NCBI GenBank assembly: GCA_021811325.1
Contig: JAJZPE010000003.1
Coordinates: 2,054-66,053 of the forward strand
Origin: Bacillota bacterium
GTDB lineage: Bacteria; Bacillota; Sulfobacillia; JAJYWN01; JAJZPE01
Length of the DNA stretch: 64,000 nt
Direction: 5' to 3'
Shown: positions 1-9,125 of the stretch, one piece after another
Layout of the letters: the number at the start of each line of letters is the position of its first letter
Position numbering within the stretch: position 1 is the first letter of the stretch
Position numbers and translations under genes: made by a program
Notes under the pieces: generated by a model
Databases searched by the model: none
What the model was told of the DNA's origin: nothing
The model's input: the letters and a program-made list of their open reading frames with translations, nothing else

Positions 1-1
1 C

Positions 2-718
2 CTGCCCGGCCTGCAACTCGAGAAGGCTTGGGAGACGGCGAACGCCGTGGACGATGCCCTCGAGGAGAAGCTCGACTTCGCCTTCGGGGAGCGGCTCGGC
101 TACTTGACGGCCTGCCCGACCAACGTCGGAACGGGCCTTCGGGCGTCGGTCATGCTCCACCTGCCGGCCCTCATCCTGACCAATCAGGCGGCCCGCGTCG
201 GGCACGCCGTCATCAAGCTCGGGCTGGCCGTACGCGGGCTCTACGGCGAGGGGACCGAGGCTTTGGGAAACATGTTCCAGGTATCAAACCAGGTCACCCT
301 GGGGCAGACCGAGGAAGAGATAATCCATGACCTGCGCAGCGTGACCGAGCAGCTGGTCGGGCACGAGACGAACGCCCGGAAGCTCCTCATGAGTGAGAAC
401 CGCAGTCAAATCGAAGACCGTGTCAACCGGGCCTACGGGATCCTGGCCAACGCCAGGATCATGACCTCGCAGGAAGCCATGCAACTCCTGTCCGACCTGC
501 GCCTGGGGGTCGACCTTGACCTCCTGCGCCTGCCCCGAAAGAAGACGCTCAACGAATTGATGGTGGTCACCCGCCCGGCCTATCTGCAACGGCTGGCCGG
601 GGGCGAACTGGAGCCCCTGCAGCGGGACATCAGGCGGGCGACGATGATCCGCGGCAGCCTGCGCCTGGTCGATCCCCCGCCGGCCGGGGACGCGGGCGGT
701 GACCAGAAGGCCCGATAG
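2..718 (+). CDS. mcsB: Protein arginine kinase McsB, C-terminal part (5' end outside window)
   Basis: Frame continues from window start. Phosphagen-kinase signature [13 protein letters not shown] present. Immediately upstream of clpC, as in the ctsR-mcsA-mcsB-clpC operon. Confidence 0.85.
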   Translation: MPGLQLEKAWETANAVDDALEEKLDFAFGERLGYLTACPTNVGTGLRASVMLHLPALILTNQAARVGHAVIKLGLAVRGLYGEGTEALGNMFQVSNQVTLGQTEEEIIHDLRSVTEQLVGHETNARKLLMSENRSQIEDRVNRAYGILANARIMTSQEAMQLLSDLRLGVDLDLLRLPRKKTLNELMVVTRPAYLQRLAGGELEPLQRDIRRATMIRGSLRLVDPPPAGDAGGDQKAR

Positions 719-729
719 GAGGAACGCCT

Positions 730-3252
730 ATGTTCAACATCTTCCACCGATTCACCCCCCGGGCGCAGAACGTCATCACCTATGCCCAGGAGGAAGCGCA
801 GCGTCACGGGTCCAGCTTTGTCGGCACCCAACACCTTCTCCTCGGCCTGCTCCGCGACGGCGAGGGCGTTGCCGCCAGGGCCCTCATGGCCATGGGGCTC
901 GACCTCGACAAGGTCCGGGGAGAAGTCGAGAAGGTCGTCGGCAAGGCCGAAGGCGCCGGTGAGGGCGGGGCTTTCTCGCCCCGCGCCAAGCGGATCGTCA
1001 TCGAGCTTACCGCCGAAGAAGCCAGGGCCCTCGGTCACACCTACATCGGTACCGAGCACATCCTGCTGGCCCTGATCCGCGAGGGCGAGGGCGTCGCCGC
1101 CCAGGTCCTCGAGAGCCTCGGCGTCGACCTGGAGAAGGTCCGCGCCCAGGTGGTCGCCTTGCTCGGCGGGGTCACCCCACAGGCCTCGGCCCCCGGCCCG
1201 ACCGGCGGTCCGGCCAAGCCGCGCTCGAAGACCCCGACCCTGGATAACTTCGGCCGCGACCTCACGGCCATGGCCCGCGAAGGCAAGCTCGACCCGGTCG
1301 TCGGCCGGGAGAAGGAGACCGAGCGGGTCGTCCAGATCCTCAGCCGGCGGACGAAGAACAACCCGGTTCTCATCGGCGAACCCGGCGTCGGCAAGACGGC
1401 CATCGCCGAGGGTCTGGCCCAGCGGATCATCGCCGGGAAGGTCCCGGAGCTGCTGGCCAACCGCCGGGTGGTCACCCTCGACCTCGGCTCGCTGGTCGCC
1501 GGCTCCAAATACCGCGGGGAGTTCGAGGAGCGCCTGAAGAAGGTGATGGACGAGATCCGTCACTCGGGCGACGTCATCCTGTTCATCGACGAGATGCACA
1601 ACATCATCGGGGCGGGCGCGGCCGAAGGGGCCATCGACGCCTCGAGCATCCTCAAGCCGGCTCTGGCCCGCGGCGAGCTGCAGGCCATCGGGGCGACGAC
1701 CATCGACGAGTACCGTAAGCACGTCGAGAAGGACTCGGCCCTGGAGCGCCGGTTCCAGCCAGTGATGGTCGAGGAGCCGTCGGTCGACGAGGCCATCGCC
1801 ATCCTCTATGGCCTGCGCGACCGGTACGAGGCCCATCACCGGGTGAGCATCACCGAGGAGGCCATCCGGGCCGCCGTCCGCCTGTCCGACCGCTACGTGA
1901 CCGACCGCTTCCTGCCGGACAAGGCCATCGACCTCGTTGACGAGGCCGCCTCGCGGGTCCGCCTGCGCAGCTACATAGCGCCGCCCGACCTCAAGGAGAA
2001 GGAGCAGCGCCTGGAGACCCTCCGCAAGGAGAAAGATGAGGCCGTCCAGTCCCAGGAGTTCGAGAAGGCGGCCCGCTTCCGGGACCAGGAGCAGAAGCTG
2101 CGCGAGCAGCTCGGTCAGGAGAAGCAGAACTGGCAGCAGAAGAAGGTCGCCGACCGGATCGCCGTGACTGCCGAGGACATTGCCCAGATCGTCTCGAGCT
2201 GGACCGGCATCCCCGTATCCCAGCTGGCGGTGGAGGAGACGCAGCGCCTCCTGAACCTCGAGGAGGTCATCCATTCCCGCATCGTCGACCAGGAAGAGGC
2301 GGTCAGGGCCGTCGCCCGTTCGATCCGGCGGGCCCGGGCCGGGCTCAAGGACCCGAAGCGGCCCATCGGCTCGTTCATCTTCCTCGGCCCCACCGGGGTC
2401 GGCAAGAGCGAACTGGCCAAGGCCCTCGGTGAGGCCCTCTTCGGCGACGACGACGCGGTCATCCGCCTCGACATGTCCGAGTATATGGAGCGGCACAACG
2501 CCTCGCGCCTCGTCGGCGCGCCCCCGGGATACGTCGGTTACGACGAGGGCGGACAGCTCACCGAGGCCGTACGACGCAAGCCCTATTCGGTCATCCTCTT
2601 CGACGAGATCGAGAAAGCGCACCCCGAGGTGTTCAACATCCTCCTCCAGGTCCTCGAGGACGGCCGGCTGACCGACGCCCAGGGCCGCACGGTCGACTTC
2701 CGGAACACGGTCATCACCATGACCGCCAACGTCGGCGCCCACCTCATCCACAAGGAGGGCGCGCTCGGGTTCCGCGTCGTCCAAGACGAGGAAGGCTCCT
2801 ACCGGCAGATGAAGGACAAAGTCATGGACGAGGTCAAGCGGACCTTCCGACCGGAGTTCCTCAACCGCATCGACGAGATCATCGTCTTCAGGCCGCTGAC
2901 GGCCGAGAATCTGAAGGAAATCGTCAACCATATGTTGAAGGATGTGGCCAAGCGCCTCAGAGACAGCGGCTACACGCTCGACGTCTCCGAGGCGGCCAAG
3001 GAGAAGATCGCCGCCGAGGGCTTCGACCCGCAATGGGGCGCGAGGCCGCTCCGCCGGGCCATCCAGCGCTTGGTGGAGGACCCGCTGTCCGAGGAGCTCC
3101 TGAACAACCGCTTCCAGCCGGGCGCCGCCATCCGGGCCGAGCTGCGCGACGGGGAGGTCGTCTTCGTCGAAGGCGCGGCCCAGCCTCCCGAGTCAGGGGA
3201 GGGGACGGCCGGGACGGCCGGCGCGGAACCGGTCACCGGGAGGAAAGCCTGA
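730..3252 (+). CDS. clpC: ATP-dependent Clp protease ATP-binding subunit ClpC (840 aa)
   Basis: Two Clp N-repeats at N-terminus, two AAA+ Walker A motifs ([16 protein letters not shown]), UVR linker. RBS AGGAGG before ATG. Confidence 0.95.
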   Translation: MFNIFHRFTPRAQNVITYAQEEAQRHGSSFVGTQHLLLGLLRDGEGVAARALMAMGLDLDKVRGEVEKVVGKAEGAGEGGAFSPRAKRIVIELTAEEARALGHTYIGTEHILLALIREGEGVAAQVLESLGVDLEKVRAQVVALLGGVTPQASAPGPTGGPAKPRSKTPTLDNFGRDLTAMAREGKLDPVVGREKETERVVQILSRRTKNNPVLIGEPGVGKTAIAEGLAQRIIAGKVPELLANRRVVTLDLGSLVAGSKYRGEFEERLKKVMDEIRHSGDVILFIDEMHNIIGAGAAEGAIDASSILKPALARGELQAIGATTIDEYRKHVEKDSALERRFQPVMVEEPSVDEAIAILYGLRDRYEAHHRVSITEEAIRAAVRLSDRYVTDRFLPDKAIDLVDEAASRVRLRSYIAPPDLKEKEQRLETLRKEKDEAVQSQEFEKAARFRDQEQKLREQLGQEKQNWQQKKVADRIAVTAEDIAQIVSSWTGIPVSQLAVEETQRLLNLEEVIHSRIVDQEEAVRAVARSIRRARAGLKDPKRPIGSFIFLGPTGVGKSELAKALGEALFGDDDAVIRLDMSEYMERHNASRLVGAPPGYVGYDEGGQLTEAVRRKPYSVILFDEIEKAHPEVFNILLQVLEDGRLTDAQGRTVDFRNTVITMTANVGAHLIHKEGALGFRVVQDEEGSYRQMKDKVMDEVKRTFRPEFLNRIDEIIVFRPLTAENLKEIVNHMLKDVAKRLRDSGYTLDVSEAAKEKIAAEGFDPQWGARPLRRAIQRLVEDPLSEELLNNRFQPGAAIRAELRDGEVVFVEGAAQPPESGEGTAGTAGAEPVTGRKA

Positions 3253-4722
3253 TTGCGTAAGGTCAAGACCCGCTTCGTCTGCCAGAGCTGCGGCTATGAG
3301 TCGCCTCGGTGGATGGGGCGGTGCCCTGGATGCAATGAATGGAACACCCTTGTCGAGGAGGTCGAGCCCAGGCCGCTAGGCCACTCGACCTCCCTTTCAA
3401 GGTCCGGCGCCACCGGGAGACCGGTGGCGATCGCGGCTGTGGAGGCCGCCGCTGAGCCCCGTCTGCCCAGCGGCTTTGCCGAGGTCGACCGGGTCCTCGG
3501 GGGCGGGGTCGTCCCCGGTTCCCTGGTCCTCGTCGGCGGTGACCCGGGCATCGGCAAGTCGACGATACTCCTCCAGCTCTCGCGGCACATCGCGGAGACC
3601 GCCGGACCGGTCCTCTACGTCAGCGGCGAGGAGTCCGTCCGCCAGGTGCGCCTGCGGGCGGACCGCCTGGGCGCCCTCAGTGAGCGCCTCTTTGTCATGT
3701 CCGAGACGGAACTGGAGCAGGTCGCCGCGGCCCTCACGGAGCTGTCCCCGAAACTGTGCGTGATCGATTCCATCCAGACGGTCTACCGCTCCGACATCCA
3801 ATCGGCCCCGGGCAGCGTCAGCCAGGTCCGCGAGAGCGCGGCCGAGCTGATGCGCCTGGCGAAGACGCTGGGCGTGCCGGTCTTCATCGTCGGCCACGTC
3901 ACCAAGAGCGGTGACCTGGCCGGACCGCGGGTCCTCGAGCACATCGTGGACACCGTCCTCTACCTCGAGGGCGAGCGGCACCAGAGCTACCGCATCCTCA
4001 GGGCGGCCAAGAACCGCTTCGGTTCGACCAACGAGATCGCCGTCTTCCTCATGGAGGAGAATGGGCTGGCCGAGGTGGACAACCCCTCCGAGGCCTTCCT
4101 GGCCGAGCGGCCGGCGGGAGCCGCGGGATCGGTCGTCTTCGCCAGCCTCGAAGGGACGCGGCCGCTCCTCGTCGAGGTCCAGGCCCTGGTGGCGGCGACG
4201 ACCTTCCCCGCCCCGCGCCGGATGGCCGCCGGGGTCGACTACAACCGGCTCGTCCTGCTCCTTGCGGTGCTGGAGAAGCGGGCCGGGCTCAATCTGTCGG
4301 CCCACGACGCCTATGTCAAGGTCTCCGGGGGCGCCCGCATCGATGAGCCCGCCGGCGACCTCGCCGTTGTCACCGCCGTTGCTTCGAGCCTGAGGAACGC
4401 CCCGGTGCCGGAGCGAATGGTCCTCCTTGGTGAGGTCGGCCTGACCGGTGAGGTGCGGGCGGTGTCGCGCCTCGACGAGCGCCTCGGCGAGGCGGCCAAG
4501 CTTGGTTTCACCGACTTCCTGGTGCCGGCGGGCAACCTGCGGCGCTCCCGCGCTTCGCGTGGACGCCCGTCGGACCTAAACATCCAGGCGGTGTCCACGG
4601 TCGAAGAAGCCGTCGCCATCGCCCTCGGGCTGGAAGGCCACGTAGCGGCCGGCCAGGTCGCCGCCGGTCATGCCCCGGGCGGACGCGGCGAGCCCTGGGG
4701 CCGGGAAGCCGGGCGCCGCTAG
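3253..4722 (+). CDS. radA: DNA repair protein RadA/Sms (TTG start)
   Basis: N-terminal C4 zinc finger (CQSCGY...CPGCNEWNT), RecA-like Walker A GDPGIGKST, Lon-like C-terminal domain. Start TTG immediately after the clpC stop. Confidence 0.92.
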   Translation: MRKVKTRFVCQSCGYESPRWMGRCPGCNEWNTLVEEVEPRPLGHSTSLSRSGATGRPVAIAAVEAAAEPRLPSGFAEVDRVLGGGVVPGSLVLVGGDPGIGKSTILLQLSRHIAETAGPVLYVSGEESVRQVRLRADRLGALSERLFVMSETELEQVAAALTELSPKLCVIDSIQTVYRSDIQSAPGSVSQVRESAAELMRLAKTLGVPVFIVGHVTKSGDLAGPRVLEHIVDTVLYLEGERHQSYRILRAAKNRFGSTNEIAVFLMEENGLAEVDNPSEAFLAERPAGAAGSVVFASLEGTRPLLVEVQALVAATTFPAPRRMAAGVDYNRLVLLLAVLEKRAGLNLSAHDAYVKVSGGARIDEPAGDLAVVTAVASSLRNAPVPERMVLLGEVGLTGEVRAVSRLDERLGEAAKLGFTDFLVPAGNLRRSRASRGRPSDLNIQAVSTVEEAVAIALGLEGHVAAGQVAAGHAPGGRGEPWGREAGRR

Positions 4723-4775
4723 GCCTGGCCGGATACCGGGCGCGAAGAGGCCGGGCGCCGGACGGGAGGTCAGTC

Positions 4776-5882
4776 ATGCCCGAAAACGGTCCCTCAGCGA
4801 CGAACGCGGAGTCGACACGCCCGCCGGCCAGGCTCCTGGCGAGCCTGAAGAAGGTGGCCCCGGGCGCGGCCTTCCGGGAAGGCCTGGAGAACATCCTCAG
4901 GGCCCGCACCGGCGCCCTCATCGTGGTCGGCGAGACCATGGCCGAACGCGGCCTCATCGATGGGGGCTTCCGCTTGGGCGTGGAGCTGACGCCGTCGCAC
5001 GTCTACGAGCTGTCCAAGATGGACGGGGCGATCATCCTCAACGGTGACGCCTCGCGCATCCTGTTCGCCAACGTCCAGCTCCTGCCGGACCCGACGATCC
5101 CCTCGGGGGAGACCGGCATCAGGCACCGGACCGCCGAGCGCACCGCCAGGCAGACCGGCGACCTGGTGGTGGCCATCTCCCAGCGGCGCAACCTGATCAC
5201 CATCTACCAGGGCACGTTGAAGTACGTGCTGAAGGATGTCTCGGTCCTCCTGGCCAAGGCCAATCAGGCCGTCCAGACCATGGAGAAGTACCGCGGCATC
5301 CTTGAGTCGGCCCTGGCCAACCTGTCGGCGCTGGAGCTCGAGGACCTGGTCACCATGAGCGACGTGGTCACCGTCATCCAGCGGGCTGAGATGCTGCTCC
5401 GAATCGAGGCCGAGGTCGAGGGGTACATCACCGAGCTCGGCACGGAAGGCCGGCTGGTCGGCATGCAAACCGAAGAACTGGCCGGGGACGTGGCCGCCGA
5501 GTGTTACCTGGCCCTCCGCGATTACTGCCAGCCGTCCGAGCCGGAGGTGGCCGAGCGGCTGCGTGATGAGATCAGCCGGCTCACCCCCGAGGAACTGCTC
5601 GACGCGGCGACCATCGGCCGGCTCCTGGGCTATGCGCCGGCGGCGGGGTTCCTCGACCAGCCGGTGACGCCTCGCGGCTACCGCGTCCTCTCGCAGATTC
5701 CGCGGCTCCCCGCACCGGTGGTCGATAACCTCGTGGCTTCGTTCATGAGCCTGCCGCGGATCGTCTCGGCCTCCATCGAGGACCTCGACGCCGTCGAGGG
5801 CATCGGCGAGGTCCGCGCCAAAGCCATCAGGGACGGCCTGCGCCGCCTACGGGACAAGGTGATCATCGACCGCCAGATGTGA
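4776..5882 (+). CDS. disA: DNA integrity scanning protein DisA (diadenylate cyclase)
   Basis: DAC domain followed by C-terminal HhH region (GIGEVRAKAI). Conserved position after radA. RBS GGGAGG. Confidence 0.9.
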   Translation: MPENGPSATNAESTRPPARLLASLKKVAPGAAFREGLENILRARTGALIVVGETMAERGLIDGGFRLGVELTPSHVYELSKMDGAIILNGDASRILFANVQLLPDPTIPSGETGIRHRTAERTARQTGDLVVAISQRRNLITIYQGTLKYVLKDVSVLLAKANQAVQTMEKYRGILESALANLSALELEDLVTMSDVVTVIQRAEMLLRIEAEVEGYITELGTEGRLVGMQTEELAGDVAAECYLALRDYCQPSEPEVAERLRDEISRLTPEELLDAATIGRLLGYAPAAGFLDQPVTPRGYRVLSQIPRLPAPVVDNLVASFMSLPRIVSASIEDLDAVEGIGEVRAKAIRDGLRRLRDKVIIDRQM

Positions 5883-5893
5883 ACACCCGCGGC

Positions 5894-5917
5894 GCCCTGG
5901 CCTCTGAGGCCAGGGTC
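5894..5917 (+). terminator. GC hairpin after disA with weak U tract
   Basis: Inverted repeat gccctggcc/ggccagggtc read directly. Confidence 0.35.
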
Positions 5918-5940
5918 TCGAAGGTAGGGGTCTTGAAGGC

Positions 5941-5976
5941 CGACGAAAAGCCCGCTTGCTCCACAGCAAGCGGGCT
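5941..5976 (-). terminator. Rho-independent terminator for the minus-strand hypothetical gene (hairpin also usable on + strand)
   Basis: Stem agcccgcttgc/gcaagcgggct with loop tccaca. On the minus strand it is followed by TTTTCG. Confidence 0.55.
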
Positions 5977-6014
5977 TGATGTCTCTCGCCCTTGGTCCCG
6001 CGGCTCGCCGTCCC

Positions 6015-6410
6015 TCAGGACAGGTTGAACAGGCCGAGGGCGGTGATCTTCTTGTGTTCGTTGATGAGGGTGTCGTACATATTGATGTCCAGCAGGTTGC
6101 ACAGAGCGGCCACGTAGAACAGGTTCATCCCGATCTCGGCCTCGATGACTTCCTTGCAGTGCTCGCAAAGCTCGCCGTCGAGGTGTGTGTCCATGTAGTC
6201 CTTCAGTTCGCGGAGGGAGATGTCGGTCGGGACCCGCTGCTTCTCGGCGTTCACCCGCAGGCATCCGCAACTGGTGACGGACTTGACGATGGCCCGGTTG
6301 ACCCTGGCGTTCGATTCCTGGAACTTGGTCAGCACGTCGAGCACGCTACGGTGACGGACCAGAAACTCTCCCACGGCTTGCTGGAACTCGTCACAGAGCA
6401 GATCCTTCAC
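6015..6410 (-). CDS. Hypothetical Cys-rich protein (131 aa from GTG start at 6410; ORF track frame extends to 6428)
   Basis: Only substantial minus-strand ORF in this region. RBS GGGAGGGG sits 8 nt upstream of the GTG at 6410. Own TTGACA-18-TATAAT promoter and own terminator. Six Cys including SCGC and CEHC pairs. GC lower than surrounding genes. No family recognised. Confidence 0.6.
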   Translation of the reverse strand: MKDLLCDEFQQAVGEFLVRHRSVLDVLTKFQESNARVNRAIVKSVTSCGCLRVNAEKQRVPTDISLRELKDYMDTHLDGELCEHCKEVIEAEIGMNLFYVAALCNLLDINMYDTLINEHKKITALGLFNLS

Positions 6411-6462
6411 GACGAGTACCCCTCCCACGCAGGTGTCTTTGCTTCCAGACGAGCCCGTTACT

Positions 6463-6492
6463 ATTATAAAGGCGGCCGAAAAACCTTGTCAA
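6463..6492 (-). promoter_or_regulatory. Sigma-A-type promoter for the Cys-rich hypothetical gene
   Basis: Minus strand reads TTGACA, 18-nt spacer, TATAAT, about 45 nt upstream of the GTG. Confidence 0.5.
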
Positions 6493-6516
6493 TGAAGGCT
6501 TGGCCCAGCCAGAGAG

Positions 6517-6547
6517 GGAAAAGACAAGGCCACGTTTCAGCGTGGCC
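6517..6547 (-). terminator. Rho-independent terminator directly downstream of tRNA-Ala
   Basis: Minus strand: GGCCACG-CTGAAA-CGTGGCC followed by TTGTCTTTTCC. Confidence 0.6.
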
Positions 6548-6553
6548 GGGCTG

Positions 6554-6626
6554 TGGACGTGAGGGGATTCGAACCCCTGACCTCTCGGATGCGAACCGAA
6601 CGCTCTCCCAACTGAGCTACACGCCC
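6554..6626 (-). tRNA. tRNA-Ala (anticodon CGC)
   Basis: Reverse complement folds as a cloverleaf. Acceptor GGGCGUG with G3:U70 (Ala identity element), D-arm UAGCUCAGUUGGGAGAGC, anticodon loop UUCGCAU, T-loop GGUUCGAAUCC. No encoded CCA. Confidence 0.85.
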
Positions 6627-6702
6627 TGGTTGTCGATGATGCCGACGAATCGATGGAATTGTCGCGGCCGCAACGGTCTTTGCCCGTCGTTGCGGCACAT
6701 TT

Positions 6703-6731
6703 GATTGTATCTCACCCGGCGATAATCGTCA
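6703..6731 (-). promoter_or_regulatory. Promoter for tRNA-Ala (TTGACG-17-TACAAT on minus strand)
   Basis: Read directly on the reverse complement. About 70 nt upstream of the mature tRNA 5' end. Confidence 0.5.
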
Positions 6732-6742
6732 AGTTGGTGTGC

Positions 6743-6771
6743 TTTGACAGTTGAACGGCCGGGTTTTATAA
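6743..6771 (+). promoter_or_regulatory. Consensus sigma-A promoter TTGACA-17-TATAAT, divergent from the tRNA promoter
   Basis: Perfect -35 and -10 hexamers with 17-nt spacer. Confidence 0.55.
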
Positions 6772-6831
6772 TGATGTTGCCGGAACAGTCCTGTCGTCCG
6801 GCCGACGATCGTCTCGGGGAGGTGGGGCGCA

Positions 6832-6924
6832 ATGAACGGCAGCCGGGCCGAGGAGTCCGTCATCGCCGAGACCCGCAGAGGCGCCCCCGACCGAACGCGG
6901 CGACCGTCGTCCGCCTCCGCCTGA
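6832..6924 (+). other. Small ORF (30 aa, MNGSRAEESVIAETRRGAPDRTRRPSSASA) with strong RBS, between promoter and terminator
   Basis: GGGGAGGTGGGG lies 7 nt upstream of the ATG. Downstream of the consensus promoter and followed by an intrinsic terminator. Coding status unproven. Confidence 0.3.
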
Positions 6925-6969
6925 CCCGCGCCGAAGAGCGCCGGGTCGGGCCAGGGCCGGATCGTAACA

Positions 6970-7004
6970 GGCCGCGGGCCATGCGCCGCGGCTTTTCCGT
7001 TTCC
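6970..7004 (+). terminator. Intrinsic terminator (CCGCGG-gccatgcg-CCGCGG followed by CTTTTCCGTTTCC)
   Basis: Palindromic 6-bp GC stem plus T-rich tract read directly. Confidence 0.5.
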
Positions 7005-7047
7005 GGACGGGGTCGCCTCCGCACGATCATGAAAACGGGGGGATCAT

Positions 7048-7266
7048 ATGTCCGGAGAATGGCTTGAAGGCATGATCATCGCCGCCGGGGGCGGGCTTTA
7101 CCGCGTGAAAGTCGGGGAGTCTATCCTGACCTGCTCGCCACGAGGCCGCCTGCGGCACGAGGCGGCGGAAGTCGGCCCGCCTTCATGGCCGGCCGGCTCG
7201 GCCGTCTTCCTGGGGCCGTCGGGCTCAGAAAGGAACGTCGCGCCACAGGCGGTCTTTATAAAATGA
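7048..7266 (+). pseudogene. rsgA: rsgA (ribosome small-subunit GTPase A) N-terminal OB-fold fragment, 72 codons, no GTPase domain
   Basis: EGMIIAAGGGLYRVKVGESILTCSPRGRLRHE aligns to the RsgA N-terminal motif (GxYxV...CxxRGxxR). The ORF stops after 72 aa and only promoter sequence follows before carD. Confidence 0.45.
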
Positions 7267-7269
7267 GTA

Positions 7270-7298
7270 TTGACAAGCACCCAACAGGGTGATAAAAT
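7270..7298 (+). promoter_or_regulatory. carD promoter P1 (TTGACA-17-TAAAAT)
   Basis: Hexamers read directly. Confidence 0.5.
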
Positions 7299-7307
7299 AC
7301 GATTTTC

Positions 7308-7336
7308 TTGACTAAGACGGGAAAGTGTGGTATCCT
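7308..7336 (+). promoter_or_regulatory. carD promoter P2 (TTGACT-17-TGgTATCCT, extended -10)
   Basis: Hexamers plus TG at -15/-14. Confidence 0.4.
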
Positions 7337-7382
7337 GTTCTTATAGTTCCCTTTAAGGGCCCATTGTGCCTGGGCAAGAGAG

Positions 7383-7868
7383 GTGGTTACCGTGTTCAAC
7401 GTGGGCGACAAGGTCGTCTACCCGATGCACGGCGCCGGCATCATCGAGGCCATCGAAGAGAAAGAGGTCCTCGGAGAGCGGCAGAAGTACTACATCATGC
7501 GCTTGCCGATAGGCGAAATGAAAGTGATGATCCCGACAGAGAACGTCGGGGAGATTGGTCTTCGAGAGATCATCAAGGAAGACGACGTCCAGAAGGTCTT
7601 CGAGATCCTCAGAGCCCAGAAGTCCAAGATGTCGACCAACTGGAACCGGCGGTATCGGGCCAACATGGAAAAGATCAAGAGCGGGGACGTCTACGAAGTC
7701 GCCGAGGTGGTCAGGAACCTGACCCTGCGGGACAAGGAGAAGGGGCTGTCGACCGGAGAGCGGAAGATGCTCGAGAACGCCCGCCAGATTCTCGTCAGCG
7801 AGTTGGTGCTGGCGAAAGGGATCGACGAGGAGTCGGCCCTAGCAATCCTCGAGGAGCTGTTCGAGTAA
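7383..7868 (+). CDS. carD: CarD/CdnL family RNA polymerase-binding transcription factor
   Basis: N-terminal RNAP-interaction domain (FNVGDKVVYPMHGAGIIEAIEEKEVLGE). GTG start with RBS AGAGGTGG. Confidence 0.85.
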   Translation: MVTVFNVGDKVVYPMHGAGIIEAIEEKEVLGERQKYYIMRLPIGEMKVMIPTENVGEIGLREIIKEDDVQKVFEILRAQKSKMSTNWNRRYRANMEKIKSGDVYEVAEVVRNLTLRDKEKGLSTGERKMLENARQILVSELVLAKGIDEESALAILEELFE

Positions 7869-8036
7869 GATGGACGCCGGGGGGTTCCGGCGTCCTTGCT
7901 TTGTGTTCCCGCCCCATTCATGTTTCCTGCCCCATTCGAGTGTCGCGATGGACAAGCGTTCGACAGTTGCCTTGAAAACCCCGCTTCGGCTGCTTATAAT
8001 GTCTTTAGGATCAAATGAGCCAGGAAAGGAGGTGAA

Positions 8037-9125
8037 ATGGTGAAACGTTTCATCCGCATCCTGTTGACTCTGGCGGGTCTGATCGGTGGCTTCATTCTTA
8101 GTTATTATGTGTTGGCGTTGGACCCGTTCACCAGGTTGACCGGAGTCGGAATCGACGACCCCGTCGGCAAGACTATCATCCTGACCGGCACGATCATCCT
8201 GGGGCTGGTCGGCTTCATCAGCGCCCCCCGGATGACCCGGACGGTCTCGGACGGTGCCCGGTGGGCGGAGATGAGGCTGCAGAAGGTGCCCCTGCCCGAG
8301 ATCCTCTCCGGGACCATCGGGCTGATCCTCGGGCTCATCGTGGCCATCCTGCTCGGTCAGGCCTTCTCGCGCGTCCCTCTGGTGGGCTCGGTGATCTCGA
8401 CCGTCGGCAGCCTCGTCCTTGGATATCTGGGGCTGGCTGTCTTCTCGCGCAAGCGGGAGGACTTCGCCGGGCTCTTCGGCTTTCGCACTCGTGACCGTTC
8501 GGTCAAGGAGCACGCGGTCCAGCCCAAGGTCCTCGACACCAACGTGATCATCGACGGACGGATCGCCGACATCTGCAAGAGCGGGTTCATTGAAGGGCCC
8601 ATCGTCATCCCCGGGTTCGTCCTCGAAGAACTGCGTCACATCGCCGATTCCTCCGACATCCTCAAGCGGAACCGCGGGCGCCGGGGTCTGGACGTCCTCA
8701 ACCGCATCCAGAAGGAGCTCAACATCCACGTCCAGGTGTACGAACGCGACCCGTGGGGCGACCTCGAGGTCGACTCGAAGCTCATTCAGCTGGCCAAGAC
8801 ACTGGACGGGCGGGTCGTCACCAACGACTTCAACCTGAACAAGGTGGCCGAACTCCAGGGCGTGCCCGTCTTGAACATCAACGAACTGGCCAACGCGGTC
8901 AAGCCGGTGGTCCTGCCGGGCGAGGAGATGTCCGTCCACGTCATCAAGGACGGCAAGGAGTCGGGCCAGGGCGTCGGTTACCTGGATGACGGGACGATGA
9001 TCGTCATCGACGGAGGCAGGCGGCACATCGGTGAGACCATCGGGGTGATGGTCACGAGCGTCCTTCAGACGGCCGCCGGCCGCATGATCTTCGCCAGACC
9101 CAAGGCCGAGAGGGCGATGTCTTGA
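8037..9125 (+). CDS. yacL: PIN/TRAM domain membrane protein (YacL-like)
   Basis: N-terminal TM helices, PIN domain (KVLDTNVIIDGRI), C-terminal TRAM-like beta domain. Conserved position between disA/carD and ispD. Confidence 0.85.
   Translation: MVKRFIRILLTLAGLIGGFILSYYVLALDPFTRLTGVGIDDPVGKTIILTGTIILGLVGFISAPRMTRTVSDGARWAEMRLQKVPLPEILSGTIGLILGLIVAILLGQAFSRVPLVGSVISTVGSLVLGYLGLAVFSRKREDFAGLFGFRTRDRSVKEHAVQPKVLDTNVIIDGRIADICKSGFIEGPIVIPGFVLEELRHIADSSDILKRNRGRRGLDVLNRIQKELNIHVQVYERDPWGDLEVDSKLIQLAKTLDGRVVTNDFNLNKVAELQGVPVLNINELANAVKPVVLPGEEMSVHVIKDGKESGQGVGYLDDGTMIVIDGGRRHIGETIGVMVTSVLQTAAGRMIFARPKAERAMS

Noticed and set aside
580-3033. 817-aa minus-strand ORF antisense to clpC. Many similar long antisense ORFs exist (e.g. 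19591..20658, 22519..23949, 24169..26235, 7839..9311, 60914..62476, 62194..63885).
   Set aside because: Artefacts of about 68% GC with low stop-codon frequency. They are Arg/Gly/Asp/Pro-rich, lack RBS and homology, and lie fully inside well-supported genes on the other strand.
5883-6014. Possible c-di-AMP (ydaO-type) riboswitch near disA or in the 6783..7003 transcript.
   Set aside because: Looked for the paired ACGGGGA/CCGAACC-type conserved halves. Only weak partial matches were found (CCGACCGAACGCGGC), insufficient to call.
6744-7067. 107-aa + strand ORF spanning the orphan promoter, sORF and terminator.
   Set aside because: It starts inside the -35/-10 region, runs across a terminator hairpin and is Arg-rich low complexity. 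The promoter-sORF-terminator interpretation fits the signals better.
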